Assembly: GCA_022843945.1 (NCBI GenBank) | Contig: JALHMR010000005.1 | Coordinates: 137,716 to 201,715 of the forward strand | Direction of reading: 5' to 3' | Length of the DNA: 64,000 bases | From: Rhodospirillaceae bacterium | Lineage (GTDB): Bacteria; Pseudomonadota; Alphaproteobacteria; CACIAM-22H2 | Shown: positions 37,891 to 48,716 of the stretch, one piece after another | Layout of the letters: each line of letters begins with the position of its first letter | How positions within the stretch are numbered: position 1 is the first letter of the stretch | Program-made: the position numbers and the translations under genes | Notes under the pieces: generated by a model | Databases searched by the model: none | Seen by the model: only the letters and a program-made list of their open reading frames with translations | What the model was told of the DNA's origin: nothing

Positions 37891-39542
37891 CCACTGGCTA
37901 AACTCAAAAAGGGTTCCGCACGGAACGAGTAAACATATTTCCCAATCCGGCCATGCAATATCTCGCGTGACCGCAGGTCATGAAGCCCACGGATTGCTCC
38001 GCCCTCATCGGCGCCAACAAGATGCTCATTCCGAAGACGAAGGAAGGCGATGGCAAACTCCGTCTCCGACAGCCCTGAAGTTTCGAGTAACGAGGGCCTT
38101 TCGATGCGTGCTCCATACATGCCTGCTACCGCAGCGATGGGAAGCACGGCCAGTTCATGTCTGCGGCCCTCTCGAACACGCCGTTGAACCTGTTCGAAAA
38201 TGACGTCACGCAGCCGTGCGCCCTGAGTCAGGATGTGCGTGAATTCGAGCAGGAGCCCTCCGGATTGCTCGTAGGCTTCCTTCCAGTGCCCACGGCTCGT
38301 CGCCTTAGCTTCACGCAGTCGTGTCCAGATTCTTTCGGCGAGCTCTTCGAGAAGTTTGGGCCGCTCAATGGTGACGTGGTCAAGCGCAGCCAATACCCCG
38401 ACATCTTCTTCGCGGATTGAGCCTACGACTCGCAGACCTGGCAGGTACCGAGCCTGATCAACCAGCCAGGCCCAGGTCGTATCGGCGCCGCGTCCAACGT
38501 CATCTACATAGACAACAAGAGGGCGATCGGCAGTCGGCGCCTGGGACCGGATGCTTCTCAGCAAGGTCGCTCTGTCAGATTCAGCCATCCTTGCCGCTTC
38601 GATCCAACGAAGGGCATGGCGTGTTTCAAACGCTGCCAGATAACAAAGCGCGCTTTTGCCAGACCCGGAAGGCCCAGCCACCAATACGTGGCGGCCTAAC
38701 AGGAGAGGCCTTACAACGGCATCGACGTCCTCCGGGCGGGGCTGCACCAGACCCGCTGCGACATGGCCTGAACGAGTAGAAACACCTTCGTAGTAGTGCT
38801 GGTCGTGAACTGGCGTATGGAAGTCTATGAACTGGGCTAAGCCCTGTCGAAACGCGCCGTCAACGGCTTCAGAATCTATGAGATTGAGAGCTCGAGAGAA
38901 GACTGCGTGGACGTCCCCAACCGTGATAGAAGCCCGTGCATTGTATGCGCGTCGTGCATTCTCGGAGGCCGTCACGCCCACCTGATGCAACAAGCTACGG
39001 GCACACAGCGCGGCTCCGGCGATTCCTATTCCACACTTGTTTGCGATCAGTGCCTCCGCGTCACGAAGTGGCGCCAATACGGTGATTAACGTCGTTCGCT
39101 CGAGGCGCGCCCGCATCAGAGACTGTCTCGCTGGCTCGTCAGCAACGGCATCTAGAAGTGCGTTGGCAAGCTGAGGCAGATCAGCAATGCGCCGCTGCCA
39201 ATCGCGATTTTCAATGTCCAGAAAGGGGCGATCCAAAAAGATCGTACGCCGATCCTCATCGGCGCCCTTGCCGCTCAGAATGATGTCGGCGATTTCCTTC
39301 GCCCTGAATTGTGCTTTTGGATCAATCTTGGATTTCGCTTGAATCCAGTTCGCTCCCGCCGCCCCTTCCACGCCTATGTCATCAAGTGACTCAGGAGTGA
39401 CGGAGTTGGCGGCTATCTCGCCGTGCCAGATTGCCGTTAGTACGAAAACGGTCGCGGCGTCCTGAAAGCGAAATCCTGCTCCGGCACGGGCACCCGCCCG
39501 ACTTGCCTGCCAAGCAAGTGTCATTGGATCTGCGTCGGCCAT
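37887..39542 (-). CDS. P-loop NTPase with N-terminal restriction-endonuclease-like region (defence-associated?)
   Basis: Walker A VLVAGPSGSGKSALCYL and Walker B LVVYVDDVG. The N-terminal region GFRFQDAATVFVL...DDIGVEG...IQAKSK has a D...E/QxK-like nuclease motif; 551 aa. Confidence 0.6.
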   Translation of the reverse strand: MADADPMTLAWQASRAGARAGAGFRFQDAATVFVLTAIWHGEIAANSVTPESLDDIGVEGAAGANWIQAKSKIDPKAQFRAKEIADIILSGKGADEDRRTIFLDRPFLDIENRDWQRRIADLPQLANALLDAVADEPARQSLMRARLERTTLITVLAPLRDAEALIANKCGIGIAGAALCARSLLHQVGVTASENARRAYNARASITVGDVHAVFSRALNLIDSEAVDGAFRQGLAQFIDFHTPVHDQHYYEGVSTRSGHVAAGLVQPRPEDVDAVVRPLLLGRHVLVAGPSGSGKSALCYLAAFETRHALRWIEAARMAESDRATLLRSIRSQAPTADRPLVVYVDDVGRGADTTWAWLVDQARYLPGLRVVGSIREEDVGVLAALDHVTIERPKLLEELAERIWTRLREAKATSRGHWKEAYEQSGGLLLEFTHILTQGARLRDVIFEQVQRRVREGRRHELAVLPIAAVAGMYGARIERPSLLETSGLSETEFAIAFLRLRNEHLVGADEGGAIRGLHDLRSREILHGRIGKYVYSFRAEPFLSLASG

Positions 39543-39773
39543 AGCTCAAGTCTATCGCGATTCGGGGTCTGGACGACCTTACCTGCGATCGACTGGACGG
39601 GCCATGTCGGGTCCCCTTCAATATCAACTTCATCTGCGCAGACGGGAAATGGCAGAGCGTCACGAGCCAGTCCCACCACGCGCAGGGCTGGTGGACGGCT
39701 TGGACGCCGACGCAGTTTTATCGGGCAGAAGTTGGCTGTAGGATAACTTGTCCCTGGCCACTGGACGCCGCCT

Positions 39774-40172
39774 GTGACGTTGGAATCGAACCAAAAGCTC
39801 GAGAGCCTTAGGGCCCAAGGGTATCAGCTTTACCTCGACGCCCTTGATGTCAGCGCCTTGCCCGGTGAATTGCGCCAGGTTCTTGCGCGATTTACTGCTC
39901 CCCAAATGATCGCAGCACTCTACCATGAAGGTTTCGAGCTCCTGGTGAAGCGCGAGCCCGTCGAATTCCTTCTGCTAGCCGCAGATGGCAATACCATCCC
40001 ACTGTCGGCTACAGACGAATCCGTCGGCGACGAAGCCATCCACGAGCGAGCAACCATAGCCACTGCCAGGCAGCTGATTCACCTCCTCGCCCTGGCCGAC
40101 TGGGGGCACGTGCGAATGGAATCACTTTTGGCTGAGATGCAGCTGAAAAACATGGGCCCGAAGTCGGGGTAG
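39774..40172 (+). CDS. Hypothetical protein (132 aa)
   Basis: ORF with island-like composition; weak call. Confidence 0.3.
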   Translation: MTLESNQKLESLRAQGYQLYLDALDVSALPGELRQVLARFTAPQMIAALYHEGFELLVKREPVEFLLLAADGNTIPLSATDESVGDEAIHERATIATARQLIHLLALADWGHVRMESLLAEMQLKNMGPKSG

Positions 40173-40258
40173 GGTGGCCTCGGCCTTCGGCCGGCGGTTC
40201 GCCCACAGCAGTCGTTGGTCTGCTTTCTACCAACCGCGGATGGCTAGGAACGTTCACG

Positions 40259-40711
40259 ATGTCCGATACGGCGACCCAGCACGATATTTCAGGCGGCTGC
40301 CTTTGCGGATCGATCCGATACGTAGCTTCCGCCGAGCCCGAAAATGTTCTCTACTGCCACTGCACGATGTGTCGCAGGGTGACCGGCCAGCCAATTGTCG
40401 CGGGGGCCTACTTTCGTCGGAACGAGGTCACGTTCACCAAGGGCGAAGCGCGTCTTTACCGGTCTTCGCCCTATGCCGAACGCGGCTTCTGCGACACTTG
40501 CGGCACGCCGCTGTTTTATCATTCGGTGATGCCGGAGTTGCGGGATCGTATTTGCCTGATGATAGGCACTTTCGACCGCCCTGAGCGCTATCGCCCGACC
40601 AGCCACTGTAATGTCGAGACCGCGTTGCCTTTCGCTCTGCCCGATGATGGTTTGCCTCGTCACCGACAAGCCGATTGTAGATTCCCTTGGGTTCGCGAGA
40701 GCGCGCGCTAG
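40259..40711 (+). CDS. GFA-family (glutathione-dependent formaldehyde-activating enzyme/CENP-V-like) Zn protein
   Basis: GGCLCGSIRY...CHCTMCRR...FCDTCGTPLF are the conserved Cys clusters of the GFA family. Confidence 0.75.
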   Translation: MSDTATQHDISGGCLCGSIRYVASAEPENVLYCHCTMCRRVTGQPIVAGAYFRRNEVTFTKGEARLYRSSPYAERGFCDTCGTPLFYHSVMPELRDRICLMIGTFDRPERYRPTSHCNVETALPFALPDDGLPRHRQADCRFPWVRESAR

Positions 40712-41051
40712 CGTCGATGGGCGATGGCATCTTTACCGGCTCGCGGGTACTGCGGTCGTGCGCTACATCGGCCCCGAAATGACCGGCCGCTACATGGACG
40801 AGGCGCATCCCGATATCGCGCAGTTGCCGCAATATCTCGACCGCTATCGCGGGGTTGTTGAGACGAAGGTTCCGAGCTGGCGGCGCGGAGCTCCCAAGCT
40901 CTCGATCCGCGGGGACTATCACACCATCGAAAACATCGTCGTGCCGCTCACTGAAGACGGCGCACGGGTCGATATGCTTGCAGCGTATAGCGTCATGTTT
41001 GAGGACAAGGAGCCGCTCGTATGGAAACCCTCGAGGGCCTTCAGGGTGTGA
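40611..41051 (+). CDS. Hypothetical protein (start uncertain; overlaps the GFA gene in another frame)
   Basis: The ORF track gives 146 aa; the true start is likely an internal codon near 40700. No motif. Confidence 0.3.
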   Translation: MSRPRCLSLCPMMVCLVTDKPIVDSLGFARARASVDGRWHLYRLAGTAVVRYIGPEMTGRYMDEAHPDIAQLPQYLDRYRGVVETKVPSWRRGAPKLSIRGDYHTIENIVVPLTEDGARVDMLAAYSVMFEDKEPLVWKPSRAFRV

Positions 41052-41124
41052 GGCGCGGCATTTCCGCGGAGGCTGGCGACGGAGCTTACGAACTGATTTC
41101 AGAAGCGGCCGGACACAATTGAGA

Positions 41125-41877
41125 TTAGTGGGCCATCTGCCCAAGCAGGCTAAGGATCGTGACGCGCCAGATCGCTTGCTTCTTTGCTCCAACCTCAAGG
41201 GCGACTTTGTCAAAGCGCTGGTCAAGCTCCTGCTCCAGATAAGTGGAGCAGGAAACTCCGGCCTTCCGTGAAACCCCGGGCAGACCCAGCAGCGAAATCT
41301 CCTTTGGGCTTCGGTTCTCGAGTTCGGTTAGAACCCGGATAAGCGCGTCGCGCAGGAGCTGTTCCAGCGACATCCCCAGACGGCTGGCGATGAGCTTGAG
41401 TATATCGCGCTCCTCGCGCGTGAGGACGAGGTTGCAGTGCCGCATCATTGCTCTCACAGCACGATGCGTTAGACCAACTATCCTGCGACCCCGAGCCGAG
41501 ACTGCGATGTTCGATCCCGACGGGCCGACCCACTTGAGGATTTCCTCCAGCAGTGCCTTCCCGCCAGATGACTTCGCCAGGTAGCCGTCGGCACCGATCT
41601 GCTGGCCGTCGTCGGGGAACGTGTGCCCGGACCATAGAACAATCGGAATACCCGCAAGTGCGGGCTGCGAGTTCCTGATCATGACGAGTTGATCGCCACG
41701 AATGCTGGGGATCTGGACGTCGGCCACGACGAGGTCCGGATGCTTCTTGCTCATCACTTTCAGGGCATCTTGGCCGTCGTGTTCGACCCGTACGTCAATC
41801 CCGTGTGCCTGCAGGTATTCGCGCGTCAGCTCTGCGAGCAGTTCGTCATCTTCGACGAGCAGTATCCACGGATTCAT
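41125..41877 (-). CDS. Orphan response regulator: CheY-like receiver plus C-terminal ribbon-helix-helix-like domain
   Basis: ILLVEDDELLAELTREYLQAHGIDV...DLVVADVQIP gives the acid pocket and phospho-Asp context. The C-terminus LTREERDILKLIASRLGMSLEQLLRDALIRVL is RHH/CopG-like. No histidine kinase is nearby. Confidence 0.65.
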   Translation of the reverse strand: MNPWILLVEDDELLAELTREYLQAHGIDVRVEHDGQDALKVMSKKHPDLVVADVQIPSIRGDQLVMIRNSQPALAGIPIVLWSGHTFPDDGQQIGADGYLAKSSGGKALLEEILKWVGPSGSNIAVSARGRRIVGLTHRAVRAMMRHCNLVLTREERDILKLIASRLGMSLEQLLRDALIRVLTELENRSPKEISLLGLPGVSRKAGVSCSTYLEQELDQRFDKVALEVGAKKQAIWRVTILSLLGQMAH

Positions 41878-42055
41878 CGTTAGGCGCTCCAGACCTACGT
41901 CGGCGGCTGCAACCCAGCTTGCAACCGAACAGGAAAGGAGCAGGCGGCACTACGGAGTATCGGTAGGACGCGCGGTCATTGATTTTCCTGAGAAAATCAA
42001 TCCATCAGGTACACCCAGGTACAGCGTCACCCAACGGGCACCATGGTGCACCAGA

Positions 42056-42094
42056 TTTCGAGACCGGCGCCTTCAGCCACTCGGCCACCTGTCC
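42056..42094. repeat. 39-bp direct repeat (right copy): partial tRNA-Ser 5' half marking the distal island boundary
   Basis: Identical to 15160-15198. The upstream sequence lacks T-arm and acceptor 3' elements, so it is not a functional tRNA. Confidence 0.85.
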
Positions 42095-42191
42095 AGGCGC
42101 AATTGGGCCCGGTCCTGGCAAGCAGGGCGGCGGGTCCGCGAACGGCGCGGAACCTATCCCAAGGGGTTCGGAACCGCAACCGCTAGGTAGG

Positions 42192-42611
42192 TTACGGCCG
42201 CGCTACGGCCCAGGCGCCATTGAGGCGGCCCTCGCCCAGCGTGTCGCCGGCCTTCTTGTCCTCGTGCCAGCCGTAGAGCGGCTTGCCGCTATAGGCCCAT
42301 TGCTTGAGGCCGTCCGAGCGCTGCACCACCGTCCATTTCCCCGACGGCATCGCGTCGTCGAGGGCGAGCAGGGGCGGCCAGTTGCGGGCGCAGGCATCGT
42401 TGCACATCGAGATGCCGGGCATGCTGTCGTTGGCGAAGATGTAGAGCGTCATGCCGCGGTTGCTGGCGATCACCGGACCGAGCGACGTCTGCACGATCTT
42501 GTGCGCCGGCATGCTGGCCATCGGCCGCTCCGGCTCCTTCTTGTCCCACATCCCGCAGGCGGCCAGCAGCGGCAGCACGGCGACGATGGCAAGAAGCGGG
42601 CGACGGATCAT
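42192..42611 (-). CDS. COG4315-type secreted lipoprotein
   Basis: Signal peptide with LAAC lipobox; ...GMTLYIFANDS....CNDACARNWPP...KPLYGW repeat motifs. Confidence 0.7.
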   Translation of the reverse strand: MIRRPLLAIVAVLPLLAACGMWDKKEPERPMASMPAHKIVQTSLGPVIASNRGMTLYIFANDSMPGISMCNDACARNWPPLLALDDAMPSGKWTVVQRSDGLKQWAYSGKPLYGWHEDKKAGDTLGEGRLNGAWAVARP

Positions 42612-42737
42612 GGGTGGCCTCCTCGACGACAGTCACGCCACGATAGCAGATTCGCAAAAAAAGGGCCGGTGGCGGGCTCTCCGATCGTCGGAGCAGCCTG
42701 CCACCGGCCAACAGCGCGCCCGGTTCGGGTCAGGGGG

Positions 42738-43130
42738 TCAGGGGCGCGCAACCTTCCAAACGTTGTTGAAGCCTTCGCCGGTGGTATCGCCGGCCTTCTG
42801 ATCGCGGATCCAGGCGTAGAGCGGCTTGCCGCCATAAGCCCACTGCTTGGCGCCGTCGTTGCGCGTGATCACGGTCCACTTGCCCGTGGCCTCGGCGTCT
42901 GCCTTGGCCATCAGAGGCGGCCAGTTGGTGGCGCAGGGGCCGTTGCAGGCCGACTTGCCCGCTTCCTTGTCGTTGTCGAAGGTGTAGAGCGTCATGCCGT
43001 CCTTGGTGGCCAGCACCTTGCCGAGACTGGTATCGGCGACCTTGTGCTCCGGCTGGCCCACGCCGGCGCAGCCGGCCAGAAGGGCGGCAGCCGCCGCGGC
43101 AGCGATCAGAATCTTAACTGAGGTGAACAT
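42738..43130 (-). CDS. COG4315-type secreted lipoprotein (tandem paralog)
   Basis: The 412-aa track ORF was trimmed to MFTSVKILIAAAAAAALLAGC... (lipobox). ...GMTLYTFDNDK...CNGPCATNWPP...KPLYAW shows the same architecture as the neighbour. Confidence 0.7.
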   Translation of the reverse strand: MFTSVKILIAAAAAAALLAGCAGVGQPEHKVADTSLGKVLATKDGMTLYTFDNDKEAGKSACNGPCATNWPPLMAKADAEATGKWTVITRNDGAKQWAYGGKPLYAWIRDQKAGDTTGEGFNNVWKVARP

Positions 43131-43220
43131 CGAACTTCTCCCCGGCATAGCCGGTTTCGTGACTGGTGTTCGCTCCATTAACACTCTCGCCACCGCCCCT
43201 ATTCCGCGCGAGACTGGGCC

Positions 43221-44234
43221 ATGAGCGCGGCGGACCTGATCACAATTCCGTTGATCGATACCGGCGATCGCGGACCGCTCGTCCTGCTCGACGCGGCGGC
43301 GGAGCGGGCCGAAGCCCTGCGCGGGATTGGCGAGCGCCACTACACGCGGCTGGGTTTGCGCCTGGGCGACGCGGTCGGCCGGGCCTGGCTGGAACGCACC
43401 GCCAATCCTTACCGGCAGGAGATCGCCGCCATCGCCGCCCGGCTCGAGCGGCCCGGCGGTATCGCTCTCAATCTCAGCTACGAATATGCCTGCACGGCGC
43501 TGACGGCTCCGGACCCCGGCGGCGGGGGAGCGCGGCTGCTGCGCGTCCTCGACTGGAAGCTTCCCGGCCTGGGGGCGAATGTGGTCGTCGCCAAAAGCAG
43601 CAGCGCCGCGGGTCCCTATTACAACGTGACCTGGCCCGGGGCGGTCGGCTGCCTGACCGCCATGGCGCCGGGTCGCTTCAGCGCCGCCATCCACCAGGCC
43701 CCTATGCGCCGGAATGGGCTCACGCGTCTCGGCGATGAACTGGCGAATCGGATCTCCGTCTGGCGCTCGGCGGGCCTGCCGCCCTCGCATCTGCTGCGCC
43801 AGGTGTTCGAGGAATGCTTGGACTACGCCGCCGCGCGGCGACGGCTGATCGAAACGCCGATCGCCCTGCCGGCCATCTTCGTCCTGGCCGGCACCGCGCC
43901 CGCCGAGACCTGCATCATCGAGCGCCTGGAGGACCGGGCCGCCGTGCATGACGGCCCGGGATGCTCCGCCAACCATTGGCGAACCGAGAGTTTCGGAGCG
44001 GGCTGGAAGTCGCGGGGCCAGGACAATCTCAGCCGCTGCGCCGGCCTCTACGAGCTGCTCGACCGGCCGGCCGAGGGTTTTGCCTGGATCGCCCCACCGG
44101 TCCTTAACCGCGACACCCGCCTGGCCGTGCGCATGAATGCCGCCACGGCCGAGCTGGTGGTGATCGGGATCGAGGAGGAGCGTCCGGCCACCCGGGAATT
44201 CTCCCTTAATGACAAAGGCTTAGAGGCGGCCTGA
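43221..44234 (+). CDS. Hypothetical protein, possibly Ntn-hydrolase/C45-peptidase-like
   Basis: 337 aa with core-genome composition. SYEYACT could be an N-terminal-nucleophile Cys context; weak call. Confidence 0.4.
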   Translation: MSAADLITIPLIDTGDRGPLVLLDAAAERAEALRGIGERHYTRLGLRLGDAVGRAWLERTANPYRQEIAAIAARLERPGGIALNLSYEYACTALTAPDPGGGGARLLRVLDWKLPGLGANVVVAKSSSAAGPYYNVTWPGAVGCLTAMAPGRFSAAIHQAPMRRNGLTRLGDELANRISVWRSAGLPPSHLLRQVFEECLDYAAARRRLIETPIALPAIFVLAGTAPAETCIIERLEDRAAVHDGPGCSANHWRTESFGAGWKSRGQDNLSRCAGLYELLDRPAEGFAWIAPPVLNRDTRLAVRMNAATAELVVIGIEEERPATREFSLNDKGLEAA

Positions 44235-44259
44235 CGGCCGCTTTACGGGCGAAAAGCGG

Positions 44260-44287
44260 TTGACAGGCAAAAGTCCGCTTGTATAGT
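44260..44287 (+). promoter_or_regulatory. Sigma70-type promoter of rplU-rpmA (TTGACA-16 bp-TATAGT)
   Basis: ttgacaggcaaaagtccgcttgtatagt about 115 bp upstream of rplU. It is followed by the GC hairpin cgccgcggggcctctccgcggcg in the leader. Confidence 0.5.
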
Positions 44288-44400
44288 GCCGCGTCTTCGC
44301 CGCGGGGCCTCTCCGCGGCGCATTTCATTATGCCGGCCGGCCAGGTTTTTCGGGCATTTGTCCCCGGGTTTCTGGTCCGCCCGAGTTTGGGTTTGGTGTC

Positions 44401-44805
44401 ATGTACGCAGTCATTCGCACCGGCGGAAAGCAATACAAGGTCGCCGCCAACGACGTCATCACCGTCGAGAAACTGCCCGGCGATGCCGGCGCAGTCATCC
44501 AGTTCGACGAAGTCCTGATGGTCGGCGGCGACAAGAACGCCGTCGGCGCGCCGCTGGTGGCCGGGGCTTGCGTCACCGCCACCGTCCTCGACCAGGTCAA
44601 GGGCGACAAGGTCATCATCTTCAAGAAGAAGCGCCGCCACAATTACCGGCGCAAGCGCGGCCATCGCCAGCTCGGCACCGTGCTGCGCATCGCCGGCATC
44701 TGGACCGACGGCCAGAAGCCCGAGGCCCCGAAGGCCGAGGCGAAGCCGGCTGCCAAGAAGGCCGCCGCCCCCAAGAAGAAAGCCGCGGCCAAGGCCGCGA
44801 AGTAA
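44401..44805 (+). CDS. rplU: 50S ribosomal protein L21 (with Lys/Ala-rich C-terminal tail)
   Basis: [14 protein letters not shown]...[17 protein letters not shown] is the canonical L21 sequence. Confidence 0.95.
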   Translation: MYAVIRTGGKQYKVAANDVITVEKLPGDAGAVIQFDEVLMVGGDKNAVGAPLVAGACVTATVLDQVKGDKVIIFKKKRRHNYRRKRGHRQLGTVLRIAGIWTDGQKPEAPKAEAKPAAKKAAAPKKKAAAKAAK

Positions 44806-44818
44806 GGAGTAACTCGCC

Positions 44819-45094
44819 ATGGCACACAAGAAAGCCGGCGGCTCGTCGCGCAATGGTCGCGACAGCGAAGGCCGCCGCCTCGGGGTCAAGCGCTACGGCG
44901 GCGAGATCGTCCTCGCCGGCAACATCCTGGTCCGTCAGCGCGGCACCACCTATCACGCCGGTCCGAATGTCGGCATGGGCCGCGACCACACGCTGTTCGC
45001 GCTCGAGACCGGCAAGGTGAAGTTCGTCATCCGCTCGGGCGGAAAGACCTTCGTGACCATCGAGCCGGCGCCGGTGAGCCAAGCCGCCGAATAG
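44819..45094 (+). CDS. rpmA: 50S ribosomal protein L27
   Basis: [28 protein letters not shown]...[19 protein letters not shown] is the canonical L27 sequence. Confidence 0.95.
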   Translation: MAHKKAGGSSRNGRDSEGRRLGVKRYGGEIVLAGNILVRQRGTTYHAGPNVGMGRDHTLFALETGKVKFVIRSGGKTFVTIEPAPVSQAAE

Positions 45095-45121
45095 CCGTTC
45101 CCGCATACGAGATACCGACAA

Positions 45122-45155
45122 GGGGGAACGGCCCGTCCGTTCCCCCTTTTTGTTT
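45122..45155 (+). terminator. Rho-independent terminator after rpmA
   Basis: The stem gggggaacgg...ccgttccccc is followed by tttttgtttg. Confidence 0.6.
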
Positions 45156-45161
45156 GTGTAG

Positions 45162-47362
<2,201 letters not shown>

Positions 47363-47363
47363 G

Positions 47364-48623
47364 ATGAGCGACCTCGCCGCCACCATCCGCGCCATGGGGC
47401 AAGCCGCCCGCCAGGCGGCGCGCGCCCTGGCCACGGCGACGACCAGCGCCAAGAACCGCGCCCTGACCACGGCCGCCGCCGAGATCCGCCGCCGTACGCC
47501 TGAGATCCTCAAGGCCAATGACCAGGACATGACGCTCGCCCGCGAGGGCGGCTCGACCACCGCCTTCCTCGACCGGGTGAAGCTCGACGAGGGCCGCGTC
47601 GCCGGCATCGCCAAGGGCCTGGAAGACGTCGCCGCCCAGCCCGATCCGGTGGGTGCGATCACCGAAACCTGGACCCGGCCCAACGGCCTGGCCATCAGCC
47701 GCGTGCGCGTGCCGCTCGGCGTGGTCGGCATCATCTACGAGGCGCGGCCCAACGTGACCGCCGATGCCGGCGGCCTGGCGCTCAAGTCCGGCAACGCCGC
47801 CATCCTGCGCGCCGGCTCCGAGAGCCTGCTCTCCTCCATCGCGCTGGTCGACGCGCTACGCGTCGGCCTGCGCGAGGCCAACCTGCCGGAAGCCTCGATC
47901 CAGATCGTGCCGGTGCGTGACCGCGAGGCGGTCGGCCACATGCTGGGCCTCGCCGAGTTCATCGACGTGATCGTGCCGCGCGGCGGCAAGTCGCTGATCG
48001 AACGGGTGATGAAAGAGGCGCGTATGCCGGTGATCGCGCACCTGGAAGGCCTGTGCGCCACCTACGTGCATGCGGGCGCCGATCCCGAGATGGCGCGCGC
48101 CGTCGTGCTCAACGCCAAGATGCGCCGGCCCGGTGTGTGCGGCGCCACCGAGACCCTGCTGGTCGACCGCGCCGCCACGGTCACCCATCTGCCGGCGATC
48201 CTGCACGACCTGTTCAAGGCCGGCTGCGAGATCCGCGGCGACGTCACGGTGCAGAAGCTCGACCCGCGGGTGAAGCAGGCGATGGAGGCCGACTGGTCGA
48301 CCGAGTATCTCGATGCCATCCTGGCGGTGAAGGTGGTCGACGGGCTCGACCAGGCGGTCGAGCACATCAACCGCTACGGCTCGCACCATACCGACGCCAT
48401 CGTCACCGCCGACCAGGCGGCCGCCGAGACCTTCCTGGCCAGGGTCGACAGCGCCATCGTGCTGCACAACGCCTCGACCCAGTTTGCCGACGGTGGGGAG
48501 TTCGGCTTCGGCGCCGAGATCGGTATTTCCACCGGCCGGCTGCCGCCGCGCGGACCGGTCGGCGCGGAGCAGCTGACCAGCTATAATTACCGAGTCCGCG
48601 GTACCGGCCAGGTTCGGCCCTAG
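47364..48623 (+). CDS. proA: Gamma-glutamyl phosphate reductase (glutamate-5-semialdehyde dehydrogenase)
   Basis: ALDH-superfamily ProA motifs (...[10 protein letters not shown]...[14 protein letters not shown]...); 419 aa. Confidence 0.95.
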   Translation: MSDLAATIRAMGQAARQAARALATATTSAKNRALTTAAAEIRRRTPEILKANDQDMTLAREGGSTTAFLDRVKLDEGRVAGIAKGLEDVAAQPDPVGAITETWTRPNGLAISRVRVPLGVVGIIYEARPNVTADAGGLALKSGNAAILRAGSESLLSSIALVDALRVGLREANLPEASIQIVPVRDREAVGHMLGLAEFIDVIVPRGGKSLIERVMKEARMPVIAHLEGLCATYVHAGADPEMARAVVLNAKMRRPGVCGATETLLVDRAATVTHLPAILHDLFKAGCEIRGDVTVQKLDPRVKQAMEADWSTEYLDAILAVKVVDGLDQAVEHINRYGSHHTDAIVTADQAAAETFLARVDSAIVLHNASTQFADGGEFGFGAEIGISTGRLPPRGPVGAEQLTSYNYRVRGTGQVRP

Positions 48624-48716
48624 AGATCGCGGATCGGTTTGGGGGAAACGACCACCGCATGACGATGCGCACCGCCGGGGGCGGCACACTCTGACTCTTA
48701 CTTACCGGGCGGCCTC

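Larger units (their letters stand above)
15199..42055. mobile_element. tRNA-Ser-associated genomic island (about 26.9 kb), lower GC, degraded integrase
   Basis: Bounded by a 39-bp direct repeat of the tRNA 5' half. There is a visible compositional shift with AT-rich intergenic regions, against flanks of about 68-70% GC. Cargo includes an integrase remnant, a phage-type repressor, two hipBA modules, nucleases/ATPase and accessory metabolism. Confidence 0.8.

Noticed and set aside
42030-42100. Possible second complete tRNA-Ser gene at the right island boundary
   Set aside because: Only 39 bp (anticodon loop to 5' end) match. The upstream sequence has no T-arm (GGTTCGAATCC) or acceptor 3' strand, so it is a partial att-site copy and not a tRNA.
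41979-43121. 380-aa plus-strand ORF spanning the island boundary and both lipoprotein genes
   Set aside because: Antisense to two well-supported lipoprotein genes. It starts at a TTG inside a palindrome and has a GC-driven open frame.
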